This document shows, in pieces, positions 39,084-47,186 of a DNA stretch of 64,000 bases. Below the pieces are notes generated by a model. It was not told the DNA's origin, made no database searches, and saw only the letters and a program-made list of their open reading frames with translations. The translations under genes and the position numbers were made by a program. Every line of letters begins with the position of its first letter. Positions within the stretch are counted from its first letter, which is position 1. This DNA comes from Spirochaetia bacterium (GTDB lineage Bacteria > Spirochaetota > Spirochaetia > SZUA-6 > Bin103): contig OZ241907.1 in the NCBI GenBank assembly GCA_965203515.1, forward strand, positions 1,088,001-1,152,000, read 5' to 3'.

Positions 39084-42000
39084 TGAGCGACCGCAGGCGC
39101 CGACGTCTTCCCCGCGCCACGATCATCGCCATCGAGATCGCCGTGTTCGCCGGCCTGTTCGCCGCGGTCCTGATCGGCCTGGGCTACGCGCGCGACCGGC
39201 TCGACCGGATGGTCGGGCACCTGAAGGAGCAGGTATCCGGTCAGGTCGCCGAGCGTCTGGGCGCACGGGTGCGGTACGGCGCCGTGGCCCCGTCGGCGTT
39301 GCGCGCCCTGCAGGTCACCGATCTGGAGCTGGTCACCGAAGCGGGCGACGTGCTGCTGTCCGCGCGCCGCCTGCGGGTCCATTACTCGCTGCGCACGCTG
39401 CTCAACACGCGCAGCGCGGTCGACGCCGTGAACCGGGTCGAGCTGACCGGCGTCGTCGTCGACATCGATCTGCCGCGCGACGAGGCCCCGGTGCTGGCCG
39501 CGCTCGCCGGACTCGGCGCCGCGGCCGACGGCGGCGTCGCGGCCGATGACGGCGCCCGGATCGGCGTTCTGCCGTGGCCGCTCGACATCGCCGATGCGCG
39601 CGTGACCGTCACCATCGGCGCCGACCGCGTGCACCTGGACGAGCTCTCCCTGCGGTTGGAGCCGGAAGCCCGGCCGGCGGGCGATCGCCTCCGCCTCGTG
39701 GGCGGCCGCGCCGGTCTCAGCGCAGCCCTGACCGTCGGCGGGCAGGCCACGGAGCTCGATGCTCGCCTGCGCGTGGACGGCAGCCTGGGACCGGGGCAGA
39801 CCGGCGCCGCGGCAGTGCGGGTAGGCGACGTGCGGACCACGCTCGGCACCCTGGCCGCCCGCGACTTCGAGGCCGTGTGGGACGGCACGGAGATCTTTCT
39901 GATGACGCCGGAGGGCGACGCCGGGCCGGAGCTGGCGCTCAGGATCGAACCGCAACAGGGGCTGCGGTTCGGCATCCAGGCGCAGGGCCTGAGCCCGTTG
40001 GACGTCTTCCGGCCGTCCGGTCCGCTGGAGCACCTGCTTCCCTGGTTCGACACCACCGTGAGCGGCGGCGCCGCCGTCAACGTCGATAGCGCCGGCGTCG
40101 ACTACGCGGCCACGATCCGGGTCTCCTCGCCGCCCGCTCCGCTCACCGAGCTGCTGGGCGTCCCCGTGGAGGGGGAGGTGACCGTGCGGGGAGACGCGGC
40201 GGCGGCGAACGTCGCGCCCCTCGTCCTGCACGCGGCCGACGGCTCCGTCCGGTTCGACGGATCGATCGATCTTGCGACCGGGCGCGCCGCGGGACGGCTG
40301 GTGGCGGCCGACTTCGATCTGGACGGCCGCCCGGTCAGCGCCGCCGCCGACGTGGAGGCCGACCTCCCGGCATCCCGGCTGACGCTGCGGGACGGCGTGC
40401 TGGGGATCGGCCCGCTGGCCGTCGGCGGCGTGACCGGCAGCGTCTCCCTCATCGGGAGCGCGGCAGCAGCCGGCGCCGGCGCACCGTCGCTGCAGCTCGA
40501 TCTGGCCGCCGTCCTGCCGGACTCGCCCGACGGGCGGACCACGGCGGCCGGATCGCTCACGCTGGGCGCGCGGCCCGCGTTCGCCGGCAGCGCCAGCATC
40601 CGGGAGGTGAACGCCGGCGTCCTGTATCGATGGCTGCAGCCGGCCGGCGCGGCCGATCCGGGGGCCGCGGAGCCGGCCGATCCGGGGGCCGCGGAGCTGG
40701 CCGGCGGGCTGGTCGTCAGCGCGGAGTTGGCCGGTTCGGTCGGTCCGGACCGGCTCGAGGTCGACGTCGCCGCTGCCTCCGTGACCGAGGCGGACGGCCC
40801 GCTGCGCGCCCGGTTCAGCGGAGCGGTGACGCGCGAGTCGGCGCGGATCGCCGACCTCGACCTGGCGGCCGGCGACTCGTTTCGCGCCGTCGGCAGCGCC
40901 GAGATCGGCGCCGACCACCTGTCGTTCTCAGGACAGCTCCATCTCGACGGCGAGCCGGTGCCGGGCCCGATCCGCATGCAGGCGGGCGACGGACTTACGG
41001 TGCGGGGGCCGTACGACCTGCTGCTGGAGCTGTGGCCCGGCGAGCGGCTGCCGCCGGCGGAGGTGCTGCCGCGCATCATGGCCGTCGGCGGCGGGCAACC
41101 GACGCCGTTCCGGCTGAGCGCCGCCGGCTATCCGCTCCCGGCGCTGAGCGACCGCGCGACGGCCGCGGTCGAGCTCGCCGGCACGGTGGCGCACCCGCCG
41201 GCGCTGCTGGCCGGACTCGGCCCCGGCGCGGAGCTCGATCTTGCCGCCGCCGGCGTCGCCCTGACCGATTCGCGCCTGGTCGTGCAGGACCTGCCGATCG
41301 GGGAGCTGCCGAACCGGCTGGAAGTCGACTTCGCCCTGGCCGGCGACCTGCTCACCGCCGACCGGTTTCGCTTCACGAACGAGTACTTCGCGGATCGGGA
41401 GACGGCGGTCACCGGCAACGGCGCGCTGCGCGTGACGACCGCGGACCGGCTCGGCGCCTCCGGACGGCTGCTGCTGCAGGTGGGGCAGGAGCGGTACGAA
41501 GCCGCGGTCTCGATCGCCGCCGGCGAACTGGAGATCGAAGCCGACGTGGAGCGGCTGCCGCTGGACCGGATCGCGGCGCTGCCGATCTCCGGCACCGCCT
41601 CCGGCCGGCTCCGTCTGACCGGACCGATCGCGCAGCCGGTGATCAGCGCCGAGTTGACCTCCTCCGACATACTCCTGAACGAGGACTACCTGACGCTGGC
41701 GGTGGCGGGCACGTATGACGGCGCGCGCCTGGTGATCGGCGACCTGGCGGCCGACTACCAGGACCACCGCGTGCGCGGCGTGACCGGCGGCGTCGACACG
41801 CAGAGCGGCACGGTCGCGCTGGAGGGCCGCTACGAAGGGGAGTACCTGGGCGGCCCGATGGCGATCGACCTGGCCGTGACCGGGTCCGCGTCGTTCGCCG
41901 CCGACCCGGCGCCGGACCGCCCGTTGCTCACGGAAGCCGCGCTGACCGTGGCGGCGACCGCGATCACGATCGGCGGCCAGAACCGAACCCCCTGGGATGC

Positions 42001-43543
42001 CCGGCTTCGCTGGCAGGACGGCGGTCTGGCCTTTGCGGGCGGCCCTCTCGACGGCCTGTCCGGCGTCCTGTCGCCCGATGGGAGCTTCGAGGTGGCGGCG
42101 TCCGCGCCGCTGCCGCTGCAGGGCACCGCCCGCGGCGCCCTGAGCGACGACGGGGTGGCCGCGGAACTGTCGATCGACACGATCGACCTGACGCTGCTCA
42201 ACGATCTGCTGCAGACCACCGCCGTGGAGATTCGGGCCGGATCGGCGGCGGGCACCCTGCGCGTCCGCGGCACGCTCAACGATCCCGACCTGTACGGCAT
42301 CCTGCAGGCCACGGGGGTGGTCGTCGACTCGCCGCTCATCACGCAACGGGTCGGACCGGTCGCGTTTCCGGTGATCTTCGACGAAAAGGACCTGACCCTG
42401 GAGCGGACCCGACCGGAACGCGGCGTGGCCCCGCTGGAAGTGGACGGGACCGTGCGGATGGGGCAGTGGGCGCCGATCGCCTACGACATCGGCGTGCGGA
42501 CCACGACCGCCGAGGGCGTGCCGGTCGATTACCGGTTCGGGCCGGTCTCGATCAACGGGACCGCGCACGGCGGCGTACGGATCAGCGGCGACCAACTCGG
42601 CACGCGCATCGCCGGCGAGGTCGGCGCCAGCGCAGCCCGCGTATTCATCGCGGCCGCCGAATCGCCGGCCGCCCGGGAACCGCTGACGGTCGATCTTGCG
42701 GTCGCCACCGGCCGGGGCGTCGAGCTGACCTGGCCGTCGGAGGGCCTGCCGATCCTGAACATGCTGGTCGACACCGATCAGACGGTCTCCATCCGCTATG
42801 ACGGCTTCACCGGCGACTACTCCGTGGTCGGAGACGTGGCGCTCCGCGGCGGCGACCTGTTCTTCATCGATCAGACCTTCTACCTGCGCGACGGGATGGT
42901 CTCGTTCACGGAGGACGAAGCGCGCTTCGACCCGACCGTGACGGTCCGGGCCGAGACGCGCCAGCGATATGAAGGCAAAACGCTGCGCGTCTACGTCGAC
43001 GTCGATTCCCGCCTCAGCATGTTCGAGCCGCAGAACGCGCGGATCAGCTCCGACCCGCCGGAGCCGTTGCCGGTGCTGCGCGGCCTGCTCGGGGCGCCGT
43101 TCGGCAACGAACCCTCCGAGGGCGTCGACCTGCTTGCGCTTGCCGGCGGCGCGGTGAGCCAGTTCGGGCTGGTCGGTCCCATGGAGCGGGGCGTGCGCGA
43201 GTCGTTCGGCCTCGATCTGTTCAGCATCCGCACCGACGTTCTGTCGAACCTGCTGCGCGCGCCGCTCGACCTCTCCTCCAGCAGCCCCGATCTGCGTGAC
43301 AGCGCCACGACGATCGTCGTCGGCAAGTTCATCGGCGATGACCTGTTCTTCGAGGGGCGGGTGCGGGTAGAATCGGGCGATGCGTCGGCTACGTCCGAAC
43401 TCAGCGACCTGGAGCTCAGCATGGAGTGGGCGACGCCATTCTTCCTGTTGGAGTGGTCCCTCTTGCCGTCCCTGACCGATCCTTCGTCCATACTGTTTCA
43501 GACCGGCAACGAGGTGTCGTTGTCGTGGCGCTTCACGTACTGA
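39083..43543 (+). CDS. tamB: TamB/AsmA-like bridge protein (DUF490 C-terminus)
   Basis: N-terminal TM, about 1490 aa of beta-taco-like repeats, C-terminal GLDLFSIRT..VGKFIGDDLF..SLSWRFTY; directly upstream of bamA. Confidence 0.8.
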   Translation: MSDRRRRRLPRATIIAIEIAVFAGLFAAVLIGLGYARDRLDRMVGHLKEQVSGQVAERLGARVRYGAVAPSALRALQVTDLELVTEAGDVLLSARRLRVHYSLRTLLNTRSAVDAVNRVELTGVVVDIDLPRDEAPVLAALAGLGAAADGGVAADDGARIGVLPWPLDIADARVTVTIGADRVHLDELSLRLEPEARPAGDRLRLVGGRAGLSAALTVGGQATELDARLRVDGSLGPGQTGAAAVRVGDVRTTLGTLAARDFEAVWDGTEIFLMTPEGDAGPELALRIEPQQGLRFGIQAQGLSPLDVFRPSGPLEHLLPWFDTTVSGGAAVNVDSAGVDYAATIRVSSPPAPLTELLGVPVEGEVTVRGDAAAANVAPLVLHAADGSVRFDGSIDLATGRAAGRLVAADFDLDGRPVSAAADVEADLPASRLTLRDGVLGIGPLAVGGVTGSVSLIGSAAAAGAGAPSLQLDLAAVLPDSPDGRTTAAGSLTLGARPAFAGSASIREVNAGVLYRWLQPAGAADPGAAEPADPGAAELAGGLVVSAELAGSVGPDRLEVDVAAASVTEADGPLRARFSGAVTRESARIADLDLAAGDSFRAVGSAEIGADHLSFSGQLHLDGEPVPGPIRMQAGDGLTVRGPYDLLLELWPGERLPPAEVLPRIMAVGGGQPTPFRLSAAGYPLPALSDRATAAVELAGTVAHPPALLAGLGPGAELDLAAAGVALTDSRLVVQDLPIGELPNRLEVDFALAGDLLTADRFRFTNEYFADRETAVTGNGALRVTTADRLGASGRLLLQVGQERYEAAVSIAAGELEIEADVERLPLDRIAALPISGTASGRLRLTGPIAQPVISAELTSSDILLNEDYLTLAVAGTYDGARLVIGDLAADYQDHRVRGVTGGVDTQSGTVALEGRYEGEYLGGPMAIDLAVTGSASFAADPAPDRPLLTEAALTVAATAITIGGQNRTPWDARLRWQDGGLAFAGGPLDGLSGVLSPDGSFEVAASAPLPLQGTARGALSDDGVAAELSIDTIDLTLLNDLLQTTAVEIRAGSAAGTLRVRGTLNDPDLYGILQATGVVVDSPLITQRVGPVAFPVIFDEKDLTLERTRPERGVAPLEVDGTVRMGQWAPIAYDIGVRTTTAEGVPVDYRFGPVSINGTAHGGVRISGDQLGTRIAGEVGASAARVFIAAAESPAAREPLTVDLAVATGRGVELTWPSEGLPILNMLVDTDQTVSIRYDGFTGDYSVVGDVALRGGDLFFIDQTFYLRDGMVSFTEDEARFDPTVTVRAETRQRYEGKTLRVYVDVDSRLSMFEPQNARISSDPPEPLPVLRGLLGAPFGNEPSEGVDLLALAGGAVSQFGLVGPMERGVRESFGLDLFSIRTDVLSNLLRAPLDLSSSSPDLRDSATTIVVGKFIGDDLFFEGRVRVESGDASATSELSDLELSMEWATPFFLLEWSLLPSLTDPSSILFQTGNEVSLSWRFTY

Positions 43544-46086
43544 TGCGCGCGCGCCTGACGCCTCCCGGCATCTTCCGCGTCCTGCCCGCGGCGGCCCTGC
43601 TGTTCCTGGCGGTGCCCGGCGCCGCGCAGCAGGGCGACGAGTGGTACTTCGGCAAACCGATTCGATCGGTGGAGTTCGACGGTCTGGCTACGGTCGACGC
43701 CGGCGATCTGCGGCCGATCGTCGACCCGTACCTGGAGCGACCCTTCGAGCTCGACCTGTTCTACGAAATGCAGGCGGCCCTGTACGCCACCGAGCTGTTC
43801 GAGAGCCTGGAGGCGGATGCCGCCGAAGGCGACGACGATCGCTCCACGGTCGTCGTGCGCTGGTCGGTGCGGGAGCGGCCGACGATCGATGAGATCGTCA
43901 TCGACGGCGAACGCCGGATTCGGGAAAGCCAGATCCTCGACGCCATGCAGTCGAAGCTCGACACGATCCTGATCTCCCGCCGGCTCGAAGCGGACCTCGA
44001 CGCGATCCGCGACCTGTACGAGCGCGACGGCTTCGACGGCGCGGCGGTCGACTCGATGGTGGAGATCGACGAGGCGGCCAACCGCGTCACCGTTCTCCTC
44101 ACGATCGCGGAGGGCATCCGCACCACGGTGGTCTCGATCGAGTTCGCGGGCAACCAGTTCGCCTCGCCCGGCACCTTGCGGAGCCAGATGACGACCAGGG
44201 AGCGGGCGCTGCTGCAGCGCGGCCTGTTCTCGGAGAGCGCCTTTCGGCGCGACCTGGAGAGCCTGGTCTTCTACTACCGGAGCAACGGCTACGTGGACGC
44301 CGCCGTCGACCGCGTGGAGCGCAGCATCGAGCACGATGCGGAAGGCGAACAGGACCTCCTCAGCCTCACGATATACCTGACCGAAGGCCAGCCGTACGAG
44401 TACGCCGGCACCGAGTTCGCGGGCAACGCCGTGTTCACGGACCAGGAGCTGCAGGCGCTGGTCCGCCATCGCCCGGACCGCTCGATCAACATGACGACCG
44501 TCGACGCCGACTTCCGGCGCATTCAGGAGCTCTACTGGGAGAACGGCTACATCTTCAATGACTTCGATCAGGAGCTGCTGCGCGACGACGAACGGCGCAC
44601 CATCGGCGTGCGGGTCGCGATCACCGAGCGCGACGGCGCCCACATCGAGAACATCCGCATCACCGGCAACGTGAAGACGCAGGAGCACGTGCTGCGCCGC
44701 GAGCTGCCGTTCGAGGTCGGCGACGTGTTCAACCGGACCGAGATAACGCGCGGCCTGCAAAACCTCTACAACCTGCAGTACTTCACCTCCGTGCAGCCGG
44801 ACACGCCGGTGGGAAGCGCGCCCGGCCTGATGGACGTCAACATCGCCGTCGAGGAGAGCACCACCGCCGACATCGGCTTCGGCGCCACCTTCTCCGGCGG
44901 CGACTTTCCGCTGTCCGGCTTCGTCCGCTGGTCGGAGCGCAACTTCAGGGGGTTGGGGCAGACGATCAGCGTCGACCTGCAGGGCTCGCAGCTCCGGCAG
45001 GCGGTGACGGTCGGCTTCACCGAGCCGTGGCTGCTCGGCCGGCCGTGGTCGGCCGGCATCACCCTCGGCGGCGAGCACGCCGTGGTCCGGGGCGTCGCGC
45101 AGGACGTGCTGCCGCCGGTGTTCACCGACGACGAGGCGGCGGGCGCGGTGCCGGATCCGTTCGTCGACCAAGCCGATTACGAGGCGGGCGGCGAGTCGAG
45201 CCCGGACCAGTATTCGATGGAGTACGACACGTACGCCATCTCGGCCGAACTGTCGAGCGGCTACCGGTTCGACACGCTCGTCGGGCGCGTGATCGTGCGC
45301 GGCGGATTCGGCTCCACGCTCGGCTTCCTGGTCTACGACCCGGAGCTGCACCGGCCCTTCGACAAGACGATCCGCGACCAGTTCGAGCGGTGGAGCGTGG
45401 TCAGCCGGCTCTGGACCGGCGTGGCGTGGGACCGCCGCGACATCATCCTCAACCCCACCAACGGCACGCTGTTGAGCCAACGGGTGGAGCTGACCGGCGG
45501 CCCGCTGGCGGGAGACCGCCATTTCATCAAGTCGGAAAGCCAGGCGGAGGCGTTCGCGACGCTGTTCGAGGCGCCGCTGTCCGATGACTTCGACCTGAAG
45601 CTGGTGCTCGCCGGCCACACCGGATTCTCGCTGATCCTGCCGCAACTGCGCAGTTGCGGCGCCGTCAACGACGGGCAACCCGGCCTGTGCTGGGACCAGG
45701 TGACCACCAGAGAAGACCTGCTGGTCATCGACGGCACCGGCGTGGCGCGCGGCTGGAACCGAAAGGTCGACGGCGAGGCGCTGTGGGACAACAAGGTGGA
45801 GCTGCGCGTGCCGATCGATCCGCAGATCATCTGGGGGGTGCTGTTCCTCGACGCCGCCCTGCTCTGGACCGACCGCGCCGCCATCGCCCGCACGTCTTTG
45901 GAGGACGTGCGGTTCAGCGCCGGCTTCGGCCTGCGCTTCGCCGTGCCGCAGCTGCCGTTGCGCCTCTATCTCGCCAAGCCGTTCGCGGTCCGCGACGGCG
46001 GATTGGCGGATCCCCCCGATCAGCAGACCGCAGGCCAGCTGGGCGGCATGACCCTGGTCCTGGGACTCGGCGGCGACACGTTTTAG
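43543..46086 (+). CDS. bamA: Outer membrane protein assembly factor BamA
   Basis: Signal peptide, POTRA repeats (ITGNVKTQEHVLRRE, LYNLQYF), ERNFRGLGQ, GFGLRF, terminal Phe. Confidence 0.95.
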   Translation: MRARLTPPGIFRVLPAAALLFLAVPGAAQQGDEWYFGKPIRSVEFDGLATVDAGDLRPIVDPYLERPFELDLFYEMQAALYATELFESLEADAAEGDDDRSTVVVRWSVRERPTIDEIVIDGERRIRESQILDAMQSKLDTILISRRLEADLDAIRDLYERDGFDGAAVDSMVEIDEAANRVTVLLTIAEGIRTTVVSIEFAGNQFASPGTLRSQMTTRERALLQRGLFSESAFRRDLESLVFYYRSNGYVDAAVDRVERSIEHDAEGEQDLLSLTIYLTEGQPYEYAGTEFAGNAVFTDQELQALVRHRPDRSINMTTVDADFRRIQELYWENGYIFNDFDQELLRDDERRTIGVRVAITERDGAHIENIRITGNVKTQEHVLRRELPFEVGDVFNRTEITRGLQNLYNLQYFTSVQPDTPVGSAPGLMDVNIAVEESTTADIGFGATFSGGDFPLSGFVRWSERNFRGLGQTISVDLQGSQLRQAVTVGFTEPWLLGRPWSAGITLGGEHAVVRGVAQDVLPPVFTDDEAAGAVPDPFVDQADYEAGGESSPDQYSMEYDTYAISAELSSGYRFDTLVGRVIVRGGFGSTLGFLVYDPELHRPFDKTIRDQFERWSVVSRLWTGVAWDRRDIILNPTNGTLLSQRVELTGGPLAGDRHFIKSESQAEAFATLFEAPLSDDFDLKLVLAGHTGFSLILPQLRSCGAVNDGQPGLCWDQVTTREDLLVIDGTGVARGWNRKVDGEALWDNKVELRVPIDPQIIWGVLFLDAALLWTDRAAIARTSLEDVRFSAGFGLRFAVPQLPLRLYLAKPFAVRDGGLADPPDQQTAGQLGGMTLVLGLGGDTF

Positions 46087-46095
46087 ACGGCTGGG

Positions 46096-46653
46096 ATGGG
46101 TGCGCGAAGGAGGCCGCTGGCGGTTGCCGCGCTGGCGGCGGCGCTGCTGGCGGCGACCCTGCTGGCCGCGCCGGTGAACGGGAACGCCCAGGAGCAGATC
46201 ACCCGTATCGGCGTCGTCGACCTCGACGCGGTCGTGCGCGCCTACTTCCGCGAATCGGAGTCGTTCCGCGCCTACGAGGCGCGGCGCGAGCAGATCGACG
46301 GCGAACGGGAGGGGATCGAGGCCGAGATACGCAACCTGGAGCAGGCGCTGCTCGAAGCTCGGCAGGCGGAAGACCGGGGTCTGGAGCTGCTGCTCGATCA
46401 GCAGCTCTTCGACCGCCGCCAGCACCTGTTGCAGTTCGTGCGCGTCATGAACGATCAGCTGCGGCGCGAGTACGAAGGTCTGAAGACGTCGGATCGATTC
46501 ACGGCCGAGTTGGCGGAGGCGCTGGCGTACGTCGCCGAAACGCTCGGCTTCTCGTTGATACGGTCTACGCAGAACCTGTTCTACTGGCATACGGACATCG
46601 ACCTGACCGACGAGGTCATCGCGGACCTTGCCCGACGAGCGGCCCGCCGCTAG
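46096..46653 (+). CDS. skp: OmpH/Skp periplasmic chaperone
   Basis: QITRIGVVDL, coiled coil, DIDLTDEVIADL. Confidence 0.9.
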   Translation: MGARRRPLAVAALAAALLAATLLAAPVNGNAQEQITRIGVVDLDAVVRAYFRESESFRAYEARREQIDGEREGIEAEIRNLEQALLEARQAEDRGLELLLDQQLFDRRQHLLQFVRVMNDQLRREYEGLKTSDRFTAELAEALAYVAETLGFSLIRSTQNLFYWHTDIDLTDEVIADLARRAARR

Positions 46654-47110
46654 CAGGGCCGCGCCGGCCGGCCGGCTCCTGGGCGTCGATCTCGGCACGC
46701 GGCGCATCGGTCTGGCCCTCTCGGACCCGGCCGGCATCATCGCCTCGCCATTCTCGGTCCTGTCGTTCACCACCGAAGCGGCGCTGGTCGGCGCGCTGCG
46801 CCGCACCTGTACCGAACACGGCGTGCGGCTCGTCGTCCTCGGCCATCCGGTGCGCACGGACGGAACGCCGACGCGGCTCGGCGTGCGCGCCGCGCGGATC
46901 GCCGCGACGCTCGCCGCCGGGGGCGTCCCGGCCTGCACGTGGGACGAGCAGTTCACCAGCCGCGCGGCGGCCGCGGCGACCGGCCGCCGCGGCCAGCGCG
47001 GCCGCCGCGCCCGGACCGACCCCGGCCGGATCGACCGCGTGGCGGCGGCGCTGATGCTCGCCGACTACCTGCAGCACCGGGGTTCCGGCCGGCCGCGCGC
47101 GACCGCATGA
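46628..47110 (+). CDS. ruvX: YqgF/RuvX pre-16S rRNA nuclease
   Basis: LLGVDLGTRRIGLALSD, WDEQFTS, IDRVAAALML. Confidence 0.93.
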   Translation: MPDERPAASRAAPAGRLLGVDLGTRRIGLALSDPAGIIASPFSVLSFTTEAALVGALRRTCTEHGVRLVVLGHPVRTDGTPTRLGVRAARIAATLAAGGVPACTWDEQFTSRAAAAATGRRGQRGRRARTDPGRIDRVAAALMLADYLQHRGSGRPRATA

Positions 47111-47186
47111 ACGAGCGTACCTGGTATACTTGGTCGCCGCCGGCAAGCGGCGGCGCGGCAGCGCGCGCGACCGCATGAACGAGCGT
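47094..47186 (+). repeat. 25-bp perfect direct repeat flanking a 43-bp insert at the ruvX/mutS junction
   Basis: CGCGCGCGACCGCATGAACGAGCGT at 47094-47118 and 47162-47186. Confidence 0.95.
47122..47130 (+). promoter_or_regulatory. Extended -10 promoter candidate for mutS
   Basis: TG-G-TATACT, 44 nt before ATG 47175. Confidence 0.6.

Noticed and set aside
47094..47186. Repeat-spacer-repeat as a minimal CRISPR array
   Set aside because: Only two repeats, no cas genes or leader, and the repeat is the ruvX/mutS coding junction itself; kept as a different kind of finding
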